Shown: positions 37,509 to 47,974, counted from the first letter of the stretch. The stretch is 64,000 nucleotides of DNA from Candidatus Magasanikbacteria bacterium RIFOXYC2_FULL_42_28 (GCA_001784435.1 MFQZ01000010.1:18917-82916), one strand, 5' to 3'. Made by a program: numbers and translations. The notes: a model not told the origin generated them from the letters alone.

Positions 37509-37553
37509 GTTAAATTAACGGTTAATCCCGACTTAGTCGGGACAATGACACGT

Positions 37554-38255
37554 ATGAAAATAATTATTGGGAAAAAAATTGCCATGACCCAGGTGTTTTC
37601 AGCGACGGGCGAAGTGGTGCCGGTTACGCGCATTAGTGCCGGTCCTTGCCCAGTTGTTCAAGTTAAAACCAAAGGGACTGATAATACCGACGCCATTCAG
37701 TTAGGATTTGGCGAAAAGAAAGAGTATTTGATAAAAAAACCGCAGTTAGGTCATTTGAAAGATTTGTCTAATTTACGTGATTTACATGATTTTTCGGTTG
37801 ATAAAGTGGGAGAAGTAAAGCGCGGTGATTTGGTTACCGTCGATACTTTTGTTGAGGGTGAAAGAGTGGCGGTGGTGGGACAGTCCAAAGGTAAAGGTTT
37901 TCAAGGTGTGGTTCGCCGTCATCATTTCCGTGGTGGCCCAGCGACGCATGGTCATAAAGACAATTTGCGCGCTCCCGGATCCATTGGCGCTGGTGGTGTG
38001 CAACGCGTTTTTAAAGGTATGCGTATGGCCGGTCATATGGGCGCGGATAGAGTTACTGTCAAAAATTTAGAAGTGGTTAAAATTGATTCCGTTAATAATG
38101 AGTTATATTTAAAAGGCGCTGTTCCGGGTGGACGTGGGGGGTTGTTATTTATTAGTGCCCCGGGCGAGTTGAAAGTGGCGGTAACCAAAGTAGCCGAAGT
38201 TCCAGTCGTGGCCGAGCAACCGGCAGTAGAAATGGTTGCCGAAGCGCAATCCTAA
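37554..38255 (+). CDS. rplC: 50S ribosomal protein L3
   Basis: GKKIAMTQVF, SKGKGFQG and MAGHMG. Confidence 0.98.
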   Translation: MKIIIGKKIAMTQVFSATGEVVPVTRISAGPCPVVQVKTKGTDNTDAIQLGFGEKKEYLIKKPQLGHLKDLSNLRDLHDFSVDKVGEVKRGDLVTVDTFVEGERVAVVGQSKGKGFQGVVRRHHFRGGPATHGHKDNLRAPGSIGAGGVQRVFKGMRMAGHMGADRVTVKNLEVVKIDSVNNELYLKGAVPGGRGGLLFISAPGELKVAVTKVAEVPVVAEQPAVEMVAEAQS

Positions 38256-38268
38256 AATTGATTAGCGT

Positions 38269-38895
38269 ATGAAAACAAAATTGTATAATTTAGTCGGAAA
38301 AGTTGTTGGTGATGTTGAATTGTCCGACGCAATTTTTGATGTAAAAGTTAAACCAACTTTAGTACACGCGGTTTATGTCGCGATTACCAATCGCGCGCGC
38401 GAGAGCTGGGCCGATACCAAAGGTAAAGGCGAAGTGCGCGGTGGTGGTAAAAAACCGTGGCAACAAAAAGGTACCGGTCGCGCTCGTCATGGCTCTATTC
38501 GTTCGCCGATTTGGAAAGGTGGCGGTGTTACTTTCGGTCCGAAAACTGAACGTAACTACGATGTTAAAATTAATTTGAAAGAAAAACGCGCGGCTACCAA
38601 GATGTGTTTTGCCGATAAATTTCGCGCTGATGGTATTTTCGTGGTGGAGAACTTTGATTTTACGGAAGCGAAAACCAGATTGGCAGTCGAGTTGCTCAAA
38701 GGTTTGGGAATTACCGGCAAAAGAGTTTTGTTTTTAACCGATGGTAAAAGCGAAGTCGTACGGCGCGTCGCCACTAATTTGCCGAAAACAGAAATAATGA
38801 ACGCGGTTGACGCCAATGTGGTTGCTTTGTTAAAAGCGCAATCCGTGATTATGAGTCAGGCCGGAGCGGAAGCAATTGGTAAAATTTTAAAATAA
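38269..38895 (+). CDS. rplD: 50S ribosomal protein L4
   Basis: KPWQQKGTGRARHGS..GGGVTFGP. Confidence 0.98.
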   Translation: MKTKLYNLVGKVVGDVELSDAIFDVKVKPTLVHAVYVAITNRARESWADTKGKGEVRGGGKKPWQQKGTGRARHGSIRSPIWKGGGVTFGPKTERNYDVKINLKEKRAATKMCFADKFRADGIFVVENFDFTEAKTRLAVELLKGLGITGKRVLFLTDGKSEVVRRVATNLPKTEIMNAVDANVVALLKAQSVIMSQAGAEAIGKILK

Positions 38896-38913
38896 TACTA
38901 TTTAATCCATAAT

Positions 38914-39393
38914 ATGGGATTACTTGACCGCTGGACAAAAAGACAAGAGCAGAAAAAGTTGGAGCAAACCAAGCCACCGGTTGTTTTGAAATCTGACAAA
39001 ACTAGTAAGGATGCCGTTGTTGTTAAAGGTAAAGAAAAATCTGAAAAAGTCGTTAAAAAAACCGTGGTTGCGCCGAAAGAAAAGTCAACGCCAACAGCAA
39101 AAATTTCGATGACCGCCGATCGGATTTTAATTAGACCGCTCGTTACGGAAAAAGGCGCGATTGCCCAAAGCCAAAATAAATATGGTTTTGTGGTGGAGCG
39201 CTCGGCAACAACTGATGTTATCAAACGCGCTATTGCCGAGGCCTATGGCGTTACCCCGCTCAAAGTTAATTTGATTAATGTGAGTGGCAAGTGGGTGCGT
39301 TTTGGACAATCTTTTGGCCGTCGGGGCGACTATAAAAAAGCAATTGTCACTTTGCCAAAAGGCAAGAGCATTACTATCCACGAAGGAGTTTAA
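38914..39393 (+). CDS. rplW: 50S ribosomal protein L23 with Lys-rich N-terminal extension
   Basis: RPLVTEK..YGFVV..KKAIVTL; operon position. Confidence 0.95.
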   Translation: MGLLDRWTKRQEQKKLEQTKPPVVLKSDKTSKDAVVVKGKEKSEKVVKKTVVAPKEKSTPTAKISMTADRILIRPLVTEKGAIAQSQNKYGFVVERSATTDVIKRAIAEAYGVTPLKVNLINVSGKWVRFGQSFGRRGDYKKAIVTLPKGKSITIHEGV

Positions 39394-39398
39394 TAAAT

Positions 39399-40244
39399 AT
39401 GCCAATTACGATTTATAAACCAACTAATCCGGGCCGACGCAATAGCAGTGTTGACTCTTTTTTCGATATTACCAAATTTGAACCGGAAAAATCCTTGATT
39501 AAAATTTTAAAAAAGAATTCCGGTCGTAACAACACCGGTGTAATTACCGTGCGTCATCAAGGCGGTGGCGTGAAAAAATATTATCGTTTAGTTGATTTTA
39601 GACAAAATAAATTTGATATGCCGGGTACGGTGGCATCTATCGAGTATGACCCAAACCGTGGTCCGCGTGTGTCTTTGATTAATTATGCCGATGGTGTTAA
39701 GGCCTATGTGTTGTGTCCGGAAGGTTTGAAAGTTGGCGATGTCGTGATGTCGTCTGATAAAGTGATTGAAGCCAAAGTTGGTAATCGTTTACAATTACAA
39801 TATATTCCGGTTGGTTTGTTTATCTACAACATTGAATTAACCCGAGGTAAGGGTGGACAATTGGTACGCGGTGCCGGATTGTCAGCGCAATTGGTTGGTG
39901 TGGAAGGTAAGTACTCGTTAGTGAAATTACCATCGGGGGAAATCCGTAAGATTGATAAAGAATGTTGCGCCAATATTGGCGTGATGGGCAATGCCGATCG
40001 CCGTTTGATTCGCTGGGGTAAAGCTGGACGTATGCGTAAACGTGGTATTAAACCGACTGTTAAAGGTAAAAATATGAATCCGAACGACCACCCGCATGGT
40101 GGTGGTGAGGGCCACAGTCCGATTGGTCAAAAACGCGGTCCGCAGTCAGTTTATGGTAAGACTGTGATGGGTGTTAGAACCAGAAAACCGGGCAAGTGGA
40201 GCGATGTTACCGTCGTGCAATCGCGCAAAACCAAAAAGAAATAA
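39399..40244 (+). CDS. rplB: 50S ribosomal protein L2
   Basis: GRNNTG, EYDPNR and MNPNDHPHGGGEG. Confidence 0.99.
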   Translation: MPITIYKPTNPGRRNSSVDSFFDITKFEPEKSLIKILKKNSGRNNTGVITVRHQGGGVKKYYRLVDFRQNKFDMPGTVASIEYDPNRGPRVSLINYADGVKAYVLCPEGLKVGDVVMSSDKVIEAKVGNRLQLQYIPVGLFIYNIELTRGKGGQLVRGAGLSAQLVGVEGKYSLVKLPSGEIRKIDKECCANIGVMGNADRRLIRWGKAGRMRKRGIKPTVKGKNMNPNDHPHGGGEGHSPIGQKRGPQSVYGKTVMGVRTRKPGKWSDVTVVQSRKTKKK

Positions 40245-40321
40245 TTAAATAAATAATTTAATAATAAATCACCAATCACCGTTCAGATCCGTGTTGATTT
40301 GTGAAAAAAATTCGTGGTACT

Positions 40322-40663
40322 ATGTCAAGAAGTTTAAAAAAAGGACCTTACGTTGACCCGCGCGTTTTGGAAAAAGTTGCCAAAATGAAAAATAGCGGTA
40401 AGCATGACCCAATTAAAACTTGGTCGCGCGCTTGTGTGATTGCTCCGGAAATGGTGGGCGTAACTTTTGGGGTTCATAATGGCAAAGATTTTGTTAATGT
40501 GTTTGTGCAAGAAGATATGGTCGGACACCGGTTGGGAGAGTTTTCTCCTACCCGCAAATTTGTCCGCCATGGTGGTAAGATGGCCAAAGAAGAAGAATCG
40601 GCCGCTACCGCCAAATCTACCGCTCCGGCCGCTGCCGCTAAACCGGCCGCCGGCAAAAAATAA
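40322..40663 (+). CDS. rpsS: 30S ribosomal protein S19
   Basis: [13 protein letters not shown] and GHRLGEF. Confidence 0.98.
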   Translation: MSRSLKKGPYVDPRVLEKVAKMKNSGKHDPIKTWSRACVIAPEMVGVTFGVHNGKDFVNVFVQEDMVGHRLGEFSPTRKFVRHGGKMAKEEESAATAKSTAPAAAAKPAAGKK

Positions 40664-40672
40664 TATACTAAT

Positions 40673-41065
40673 ATGAGCCAGGAAATTGTCGCAAAATTAA
40701 GATATTTTCGCCAAGGGCCGCGTAAAATGCGCCTCGTGGTGGATATGATTCGAGGACGCAATGTCGCGCGCGCTTTGCAAATTTTGGAATTAACCAACAA
40801 AAAATCCGCTCGCGCCATTTTAAAGTTGCTCCAATCGGCCGTGGCCAACGCTAAACATAATTTTAGTTTGAACGAAGACAATTTGCGTATTAGTAAAATT
40901 ACGGTTGATGGTGGTCCGGTTTTAAAACGGTGGATGCCAAAAGCGCACGGTCGCGCCACTCCGATTCGCGAACGCACGAGTCATATCAATTTATATTTAT
41001 CCGAGTTTGTTAAGAAAGAAAAGATAAATAAAAAGAAAGTGAAAGAAATAAAAGTTAAAAAATAA
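40673..41065 (+). CDS. rplV: 50S ribosomal protein L22
   Basis: PRKMRLVVD, SAVANA and RTSHI. Confidence 0.98.
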   Translation: MSQEIVAKLRYFRQGPRKMRLVVDMIRGRNVARALQILELTNKKSARAILKLLQSAVANAKHNFSLNEDNLRISKITVDGGPVLKRWMPKAHGRATPIRERTSHINLYLSEFVKKEKINKKKVKEIKVKK

Positions 41066-41106
41066 TTATTTAGTATTTAGTGTTTAGAATTTAGTGTTTA
41101 AAAAGT

Positions 41107-41829
41107 ATGGGTCACAAAGTACATCCGAAAATTCATCGCACTCCCTTGGTAAATTCTTGGGATTCAAAATGGTTTGGACGCAAAGAACAGTTGCCCGGTC
41201 TTTTGAAGCAGGAAGTACAAATTCGCGAGTATTTGGATGTTAAATTAAAAGACGCCGGTATTGATTCTGTTTCCGTGGAACGCACTCCGAAAGAAGTGAC
41301 CATTACCATTCTCGCGGCCAAACCGGGTGTGGTCATCGGTCGTTCTGGACAGGGCTTGGAAGTTTTAAAAAAAGATATTGAAAAGAAAATTTTACAATTT
41401 AAACATCGCGTTAAATTAAATATTTTACCGGTTAATCAACCCGCGCTTTCGGCTCGGATTGTCGGCGCCGGTATTGTTTCGGAAATTGAACGTCGTATGC
41501 CTTTTCGGCGCGTGATGAAACAGGCGATTGAAAAAGTAATGGCCGCCGGAGCGCAAGGCGTAAAAATTAAAATGTCCGGTCGTTTGAACGGCGTGGAAAT
41601 TGCCCGCCAAGAAGTGCTCGGCGCCGGCAAAATGTCTTTGATTACTTTTCGCAGTAATGTTGATTATGCGATTGTGGAAGCGCAGACGCTTTACGGTAAA
41701 ATTGGTGTTAAAGTTTGGGTTTATCGCGGTGAAGTATTTAGTCGTTTAGATAAATTTGGTCAAGCGACCGAGAAGGCCGCCGCTAAGCCGGCCGGTCGTA
41801 AATCCGACAATGACTTGTTCCGCGATTAA
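41107..41829 (+). CDS. rpsC: 30S ribosomal protein S3
   Basis: [20 protein letters not shown] and GVKVW. Confidence 0.98.
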   Translation: MGHKVHPKIHRTPLVNSWDSKWFGRKEQLPGLLKQEVQIREYLDVKLKDAGIDSVSVERTPKEVTITILAAKPGVVIGRSGQGLEVLKKDIEKKILQFKHRVKLNILPVNQPALSARIVGAGIVSEIERRMPFRRVMKQAIEKVMAAGAQGVKIKMSGRLNGVEIARQEVLGAGKMSLITFRSNVDYAIVEAQTLYGKIGVKVWVYRGEVFSRLDKFGQATEKAAAKPAGRKSDNDLFRD

Positions 41830-41849
41830 GAAGTTATTCTAATTATTGT

Positions 41850-42263
41850 ATGTTATTTCCTAAAAAAGTAAATCATCGTAAATGGCACAAAGGCACCCGC
41901 CGTAGTTTGGGTGTGGCGACGCGTATTAAGACAATTGATTATGGTGATTTTGCTTTGAAAAGTTTACAACATGGTTGGGTAGGGAGTCGCGAGCTAGAAT
42001 CCGCTCGTCGAGTTTTGACGCGCTATGTTCGTCGCGGTGGTCAAATTTGGATCAGAGTTTTTCCGGATAAGCCGGTTACTAAAAAAGGTAACGAGACCCC
42101 GATGGGCGGTGGTAAGGGTTCACCCGATCATTTTGTGGCGGTAGTTAAACCCGGTACGATTTTATTTGAAATGTCCGGTATTACGCCTGAAACCGCCAAA
42201 GCGGCTTTGGAAATGGCGGCTTACAAATTACGAGTCAAGACCAAATATATTCAAAAGATCTAA
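41850..42263 (+). CDS. rplP: 50S ribosomal protein L16
   Basis: [15 protein letters not shown]. Confidence 0.98.
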   Translation: MLFPKKVNHRKWHKGTRRSLGVATRIKTIDYGDFALKSLQHGWVGSRELESARRVLTRYVRRGGQIWIRVFPDKPVTKKGNETPMGGGKGSPDHFVAVVKPGTILFEMSGITPETAKAALEMAAYKLRVKTKYIQKI

Positions 42264-42320
42264 CCCCTAAACCAGATGCTGCGGCATCGGTTCAGGGTAG
42301 AATAATGTTAATAATTTTGT

Positions 42321-42503
42321 ATGGATTTTGAGGAATTAAAAAATAAAAGTGTTAAAGATTTGCAAGATTTGCTGTCTGATTTGGGCGCGCAGGCGCGTGG
42401 TTTGCGTTTTCGAGCTTTGAGCCGAGAATTAAAACAGGTGCACCGTGTTGCCGAAGTCCGCAAGACCATCGCTCGCATTAAAACTTTACTAAAACAAAAG
42501 TAA
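42321..42503 (+). CDS. rpmC: 50S ribosomal protein L29
   Basis: VRKTIARIKT; operon position. Confidence 0.95.
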   Translation: MDFEELKNKSVKDLQDLLSDLGAQARGLRFRALSRELKQVHRVAEVRKTIARIKTLLKQK

Positions 42504-42512
42504 TAGAACGAT

Positions 42513-42782
42513 ATGGAACAGACAATTAAAACAACCAAAATCACCCGTTCGTTTGTGGGTACAGTTCTGTCCACTTCCGCCCAGAAAACTTTGGTGGTAA
42601 AAGTGGATACGATGAAAATGCACACCAAGTATCACAAACAGTACCGAGTGAGTCGCAAGTATCACGCTCATGATGAGAAGAGTGTCGCCAAAGTTGGTGA
42701 TGTGGTTGAGATTAGCGCTTGCCGGCCGTTGTCCGCTTTGAAACACTGGCGTTTGGTTAGAATTGTTAAATCAAGCAAATAA
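42513..42782 (+). CDS. rpsQ: 30S ribosomal protein S17
   Basis: KTLVV..KYHAHDE..GDVV..RPLS. Confidence 0.97.
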   Translation: MEQTIKTTKITRSFVGTVLSTSAQKTLVVKVDTMKMHTKYHKQYRVSRKYHAHDEKSVAKVGDVVEISACRPLSALKHWRLVRIVKSSK

Positions 42783-42791
42783 TTTTATTGT

Positions 42792-43163
42792 ATGATCCAG
42801 CATCGCGCAATGTTAGCGGTGGCCGATAATACCGGCGCCAAGAAAATTCAATGTATCCGTGTTTTGGATGGTTATAAAAAACGTTATGCCCGTATTGGGG
42901 ATGTTATTACTGGCGTGGTAAAAGAAGCGGCCCCGCGCGGTTTGGTTAAAAAAAGCGAAGTGGTGCATTGCGTTATTGTGCGTATCCGAAAAGAAACCAG
43001 ACGCAGTGACGGCACTTATATCCGTTTTTCAGAAAATGCGGTGGTGGTGATTGATCGCAAGACCCGCGAACCAAAGGGCTCACGTATTTTTGGCCCGGTC
43101 GCGCGCGAATTGCGCACGCGCGGTTTTCAAAAAATTATTTCTTTGGCACCGGAAGTTTTATAA
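42792..43163 (+). CDS. rplN: 50S ribosomal protein L14
   Basis: [19 protein letters not shown]. Confidence 0.98.
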   Translation: MIQHRAMLAVADNTGAKKIQCIRVLDGYKKRYARIGDVITGVVKEAAPRGLVKKSEVVHCVIVRIRKETRRSDGTYIRFSENAVVVIDRKTREPKGSRIFGPVARELRTRGFQKIISLAPEVL

Positions 43164-43202
43164 AGAGTTTATAAAGTCAGAAAGTTTATAAAGTTAAAAG
43201 TT

Positions 43203-43511
43203 ATGAAAATTAAAGTTAATGACAAAGTAAGAGTAATGTCCGGCAAGAACCGTGGCAAAGAAGGTAAAGTTATTCAGGTTTTTCCGGTTGTCGGCAAAGT
43301 TGTGATTGAGGGTGTCAACATTATGAAAAAACATCTACGCACGCAAAAACAGGGCCAAAAAGGTCAAGTGATTGAATTGGCCGCGCCTTTGTTTGTTTCC
43401 AAAGTAACTTTAATTTGTCCGAAATGTGGCAAAACCAGCCGAGTCGGTTATAAAATAGAAGCCGGTAATAAGAAACGCATTTGCCGCGCCTGTAAAGAAT
43501 TTATTGAATAG
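43203..43511 (+). CDS. rplX: 50S ribosomal protein L24
   Basis: KOW motif, VIEGVN and CxxC..CxxC. Confidence 0.97.
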   Translation: MKIKVNDKVRVMSGKNRGKEGKVIQVFPVVGKVVIEGVNIMKKHLRTQKQGQKGQVIELAAPLFVSKVTLICPKCGKTSRVGYKIEAGNKKRICRACKEFIE

Positions 43512-43512
43512 T

Positions 43513-44058
43513 ATGACCAATAATTTATTACAAAAATATCACAAAGTTGTCGCGCCCGCTCTGAAGGCGGAGTTTGGATTTAAAAATATCATGCAAGCGC
43601 CTAAAATTTTAAAAGTAGTTATTAATGTCGGGGTGGGACGTTTTGTAAAAGAGCCGGCCTATATTGAAAGCGCCGAAAAAACTCTGCGCGCCATTACCGG
43701 TCAAAAATCAGTGCGCACGAAATCCAAAAAAGCCATTTCTAACTTTAAAATTAGAGAAGGTCAGGAGATCGGCGTGATGGTTACTTTGCGCCACAAAAAG
43801 ATGTATGAATTTTTAGAAAAATTATTGTCAGTAACTTTTGCCCGCACTCGTGATTTTCGCGGTATTTCCGATAAATCATTTGATCGGGGCGGTAATTATA
43901 CCTTAGGTTTTAAAGAGCACACCGCTTTTCCGGAAATTAAAACCAGCGAAGTTGATAAAATTCACGGTCTGGAAATCATTATCAATACCAGCGCCAAAAA
44001 CGCGGCCGAAGGTCGGGCGCTCCTCTTTGGGCTGGGCTTTCCTTTTGTAACTAAATAA
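43513..44058 (+). CDS. rplE: 50S ribosomal protein L5
   Basis: KVVINVGVG, ITGQK, FKIREG and RDFRG. Confidence 0.98.
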   Translation: MTNNLLQKYHKVVAPALKAEFGFKNIMQAPKILKVVINVGVGRFVKEPAYIESAEKTLRAITGQKSVRTKSKKAISNFKIREGQEIGVMVTLRHKKMYEFLEKLLSVTFARTRDFRGISDKSFDRGGNYTLGFKEHTAFPEIKTSEVDKIHGLEIIINTSAKNAAEGRALLFGLGFPFVTK

Positions 44059-44062
44059 TTTT

Positions 44063-44248
44063 ATGGCTACTGAAGCTCAAATTTCAAAATCAAAAAAAGT
44101 CCCGAAATTTTCTACCCGGATTGTTCGTCGTTGCTGGAAATGTGGACGCAAACGCGCGTTTATTCGCCGGTTTGGTTTGTGTCGTATTTGTTTCCGCGAA
44201 CTGGCCAATGATGGCAAGATTCCCGGTATTAGAAAATCCAGTTGGTAA
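44063..44248 (+). CDS. rpsN: 30S ribosomal protein S14, zinc-binding type
   Basis: RCWKCGR..LCRICFRE..PGIRKSSW. Confidence 0.97.
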   Translation: MATEAQISKSKKVPKFSTRIVRRCWKCGRKRAFIRRFGLCRICFRELANDGKIPGIRKSSW

Positions 44249-44280
44249 CCCGCTAAATAATAAACTAATACACTTAAGTT

Positions 44281-44670
44281 ATGATGACCGATCCTATCGC
44301 TGACATGCTTACGCGCATCCGCAATGCTTATAGCGTTAAAGCTAAAGAAGTGGAAGTATCTCACTCCAAAGTGAAAAAATCCATTGCTGATATTTTGGTG
44401 CGCGAAGGTTATATTACTGGCGTGGAAGAACGTCGCGAGAAGCATTCTTTTTTGGTGCTTAATTTGAAATATAATAATGGTCAGCCGGCGCTCCACAGCA
44501 TTAAACGCGTGAGTCGCCCTTCTTCTCGTCGTTATGTCGGGAAAGATGATATCGGTCAAGTTTTAAATGGCTATGGTTTCTTAATTGTTACGACCCCCAA
44601 AGGTATTATGACCGGATCCGAGGCGCGCAAAGCCGGCGTGGGTGGCGAAGTGATTTGTGAAATTTATTAA
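44281..44670 (+). CDS. rpsH: 30S ribosomal protein S8
   Basis: DPIADMLTRIRNA..GGEVIC. Confidence 0.98.
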   Translation: MMTDPIADMLTRIRNAYSVKAKEVEVSHSKVKKSIADILVREGYITGVEERREKHSFLVLNLKYNNGQPALHSIKRVSRPSSRRYVGKDDIGQVLNGYGFLIVTTPKGIMTGSEARKAGVGGEVICEIY

Positions 44671-44694
44671 AAGTATTTTTAGAGTTTAAATAAT

Positions 44695-45243
44695 ATGTCT
44701 CGTGTCGGAAAAAAAATAAGAACAATCCCTGCTGGTGTTATCGTAACTGTGGAAAAGGGACAATTGAAAGTTGCTGGCCCGAAAGGCGAGTTGAAATTAA
44801 AGTTACATCCGCACATTACCGTCGTGGCGACCGATGGCCAAGTGACAGTAACAGTGGCCAATGTCGATGATTCCAAAGACCGCGCCTTGTGGGGTACTTT
44901 TTCCAGTTTAATTGGCAATATGATCACCGGAGTGACGGTAGGATTTAAAAAGAATTTGAATATTAGCGGTGTTGGTTTCAAGGCCGCGATGAAGGGCGCG
45001 GATTTATCTTTGGAAGTTGGTTTTTCTCATCCGGTAGAGGTGAAAGCGGTACCCGGTATTAAATTTTCCGTTGAAAAAGATAATATCTCCGTGGAAGGAT
45101 TTGACAGACAGTTAGTGGGAGAATTGGCCGCGCGTATTCGCAGTATTAGAAAAGTTGAGCCATACAAAGGCAAGGGTATAAAATACGTCGGTGAAATTGT
45201 CCGTCGTAAGGCCGGCAAGACCGCTGCCAAAGCGGCGGCTTAA
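44695..45243 (+). CDS. rplF: 50S ribosomal protein L6
   Basis: MSRVGK, GPKGEL and EPYKGKGI. Confidence 0.98.
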   Translation: MSRVGKKIRTIPAGVIVTVEKGQLKVAGPKGELKLKLHPHITVVATDGQVTVTVANVDDSKDRALWGTFSSLIGNMITGVTVGFKKNLNISGVGFKAAMKGADLSLEVGFSHPVEVKAVPGIKFSVEKDNISVEGFDRQLVGELAARIRSIRKVEPYKGKGIKYVGEIVRRKAGKTAAKAAA

Positions 45244-45254
45244 AAATTAATTTT

Positions 45255-45626
45255 ATGAAAAGATTAACCAGACAAAATACTAAATTACGCGATGTGCGTC
45301 ACGCGCGGGTGCGAGCGGTTATTTCGGGCACGGCCACGCGACCGCGTTTGTCGGTTTTTCGCAGTCATACCGGTATGGTCGCCCAACTGATCGATGATTC
45401 CACCGGTAAAACTTTGTGTTACGCCGACAGTCGCAAAATTAAGAAAGAAAAAGTAGGCGAACGTACCACCAAGGTGAGCGTCGGGTATTTGGTAGGCCAA
45501 AAATTGGCCGAACTCGCTAAAGAAAAAAAGATTACCCAAGCGGTATTTGATCGCGGTGGCTATCGTTATCATGGCCGTGTGGCCGCTTTAGCTGACGGCG
45601 CGCGCGCCGGTGGTTTGGAGTTTTAA
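45255..45626 (+). CDS. rplR: 50S ribosomal protein L18
   Basis: RPRLSVFRS..FDRGGYRYHGRV. Confidence 0.98.
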   Translation: MKRLTRQNTKLRDVRHARVRAVISGTATRPRLSVFRSHTGMVAQLIDDSTGKTLCYADSRKIKKEKVGERTTKVSVGYLVGQKLAELAKEKKITQAVFDRGGYRYHGRVAALADGARAGGLEF

Positions 45627-45639
45627 TTTTTAAAAAAGT

Positions 45640-46242
45640 ATGACGAACGATACTAATACTAACAATCAAGCCGGCGGTAATTCCGCGCCTCGTAAATCAG
45701 GCGGTTTTGGCGGTCGCGGTCGGGGCGGTAAAGGTGGACGTCCGGAAAGAGAAAAAAGTGAATTTGATTCCAATATTTTGGATTTGTCCCGCGTTACGCG
45801 CGTTACCGAAGGTGGTAAGCAGTTAAGTTTTCGCGCTTTGGTAGTAGTTGGTGATCGTCGCGGTCGAGTGGGGTTTGGTTTGGAAAAAGGTAAGGATGTG
45901 CAAATTGGGGTGGATAAAGCCACTCGTCAGGCCAAAAAACATTTGATTAAAGTGCCGATGCAAAATGAAACTATTCCGCATCGAATAATTTGTAAATTTA
46001 AGGCGGCCAAAGTTATGTTGGGTCCGGCTCCGCGCGGTTCCGGTATTATCGCCGGTGGCGCGGTGCGCGTGGTGCTTGAATTAGCGGGCGTGCCCAATGT
46101 TACTTCTAAAATTTTAGGCCACACTAAAAATAAAGTGGCGATTGTGAAAGCGACTTTTGGCGCTTTGGAACAATTGTTCCCGGTGCGAGTTAAAGCCGAC
46201 CTGGCGCCAAAAAAGGCGACAGTGGAAAAAATTAAAGAATAA
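45640..46242 (+). CDS. rpsE: 30S ribosomal protein S5
   Basis: RVTRVTEGGK..FRALVVVGD..GSGIIAGG. Confidence 0.98.
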   Translation: MTNDTNTNNQAGGNSAPRKSGGFGGRGRGGKGGRPEREKSEFDSNILDLSRVTRVTEGGKQLSFRALVVVGDRRGRVGFGLEKGKDVQIGVDKATRQAKKHLIKVPMQNETIPHRIICKFKAAKVMLGPAPRGSGIIAGGAVRVVLELAGVPNVTSKILGHTKNKVAIVKATFGALEQLFPVRVKADLAPKKATVEKIKE

Positions 46243-46247
46243 ATTTT

Positions 46248-46688
46248 ATGGCATTATTAATCCATACTTTAAAACCGGCTCACGGCGCCAAACATTCTAA
46301 AAAGAAAGTTGGACGCGGTAACGCCTCCGGACACGGTACTTATTCCGGTCATGGCGGTAAAGGCCAAACAGCCCGCTCCGGTGGCGGTCGTGGTTTGAAA
46401 TTAAAAGCGTTTAAACGCCAAATGCAAGCTACTCCGAAATTGGGCGGTTTTAAGAGTTTTAAGACCAAGCCGACCGAAGTTTATTTAGCTGATTTGGAAT
46501 TAAAATTCAATGCTGGCGATACAGTTACTTTGGTGACCTTGCTTGAGAAAAAATTAATCAAAACCAAAGATCGCGCCGCGAAAATCTTAAGCACGGGCGA
46601 GCTGACCAAAAAATTAACCATAGAAGGAGTAAAATGCACCGCTACGGCTACTGAAGCGATTAAGAAAGCGGGTGGCACAGTCGCGTAA
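46248..46688 (+). CDS. rplO: 50S ribosomal protein L15
   Basis: GRGNASGHG..GGKGQTARSG. Starts 5 nt after rpsE, leaving no room for rpmD. Confidence 0.97.
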   Translation: MALLIHTLKPAHGAKHSKKKVGRGNASGHGTYSGHGGKGQTARSGGGRGLKLKAFKRQMQATPKLGGFKSFKTKPTEVYLADLELKFNAGDTVTLVTLLEKKLIKTKDRAAKILSTGELTKKLTIEGVKCTATATEAIKKAGGTVA

Positions 46689-46699
46689 AATTAAACGCT

Positions 46700-47974
46700 A
46701 TGTGGGATAAAATTACCCAAGTTTGGAAAATTAAAGATGTTCGCAACAACATCTTATTTGTGTTAGGCATGTTGACGATTTTTCGTTTGGTGGCTCATAT
46801 TCCAATTCCGGGCGTGAACCTGGAAAATTTGCGGTATTTTTTTGAAAGCAACCAAGTGCTGGGCATGTTGAATTTGTTTTCCGGTGGCACGATGGAAAAT
46901 TTTTCGATTGTGATGTTGGGAGTGGCGCCATATATTACTTCGTCCATTATTTTTCAATTACTCGCGATGATTGTGCCAAAGTTGGAAGAAATGACCAAAG
47001 AAGGCGAAAGTGGCCAGCAAAAAATCAACATGTATACGCGCTATTTGGCGGTGCCGTTGGCGTTTTTACAGTCCTTTGGCATGATTAAATTGTTAAATAA
47101 TTCGTCTCGTCCGATTTTAGGGGACATTAGCGGTTTTCAAATTTTCATTATCATGTTAACGATTACCGCCGGCACGATGTTTTTGGTTTGGATTGGTGAA
47201 CTAATTACCGAAAAGAAAGTTGGCAATGGTATTTCATTGTTGATTTTTGCCGGTATCGTTTCTAGCATTCCGACCGTTTTGCGCAACGCGTTTGTTAACT
47301 ACACTCCTTCCGATTTTTATACTTTTGTCGCGTTCGCGGCAGTGGTGCTTGCGACAGTTGTCGGGGTGGTATTTATTAGCGAGGGCCAGCGCAATATCCC
47401 GGTTAATTATGCCAAACAAGTGCGCGGTAATCGCGTTTATGGCGGTTCTTCCACCCACTTGCCTTTGCGCGTTAACATGGCCGGCGTGATTCCGATTATC
47501 TTTGCGATTTCTTTAGTGATGTTTCCGCCGATGGTCGCTCAATTTTTTACCGGTAGCGCCTCACCATGGCTCGCGCAATTAGCGGTATCAACTATTCAAA
47601 TTTTCCAAAATCAAACTGTTTACGCGGTTTTGTATTTCTTGTTAGTATTTGGTTTTACTTTTTTCTATACCGCTGTTATTTTTCATCCGCAAAAAATTTC
47701 CGAGAATTTACAGCGTCAAGGTGGTTTTATTCCGGGTATTCGTCCGGGTACAGAGACCGAAGCGTATTTAAAATCCACGATGAGTCGCATCAATTTAATC
47801 GGCGCGTTGTTTTTGGGAGCGATTGCCATATTACCACTCGTAGTTACCGGATTTTCCGGTTCGCAAGTGTTCCAAGTGGGCGGTACTTCGATGTTAATCG
47901 TGGTAGCCGTAGCCATTGAAACAGCCAAACAAATTGAGGCGCAGGTGACGATGCATGAATATGATCGAATTTAA
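46700..47974 (+). CDS. secY: Preprotein translocase subunit SecY
   Basis: LGVAPYITSSII, GNGISLLIFAGI, AGVIPIIFA and FIPGIRPG. Confidence 0.99.
   Translation: MWDKITQVWKIKDVRNNILFVLGMLTIFRLVAHIPIPGVNLENLRYFFESNQVLGMLNLFSGGTMENFSIVMLGVAPYITSSIIFQLLAMIVPKLEEMTKEGESGQQKINMYTRYLAVPLAFLQSFGMIKLLNNSSRPILGDISGFQIFIIMLTITAGTMFLVWIGELITEKKVGNGISLLIFAGIVSSIPTVLRNAFVNYTPSDFYTFVAFAAVVLATVVGVVFISEGQRNIPVNYAKQVRGNRVYGGSSTHLPLRVNMAGVIPIIFAISLVMFPPMVAQFFTGSASPWLAQLAVSTIQIFQNQTVYAVLYFLLVFGFTFFYTAVIFHPQKISENLQRQGGFIPGIRPGTETEAYLKSTMSRINLIGALFLGAIAILPLVVTGFSGSQVFQVGGTSMLIVVAVAIETAKQIEAQVTMHEYDRI

Noticed and set aside
35671-47928. Many antisense and alternate-frame ORFs over tuf, r-protein genes and secY
   Set aside because: They are shadows of highly conserved genes.
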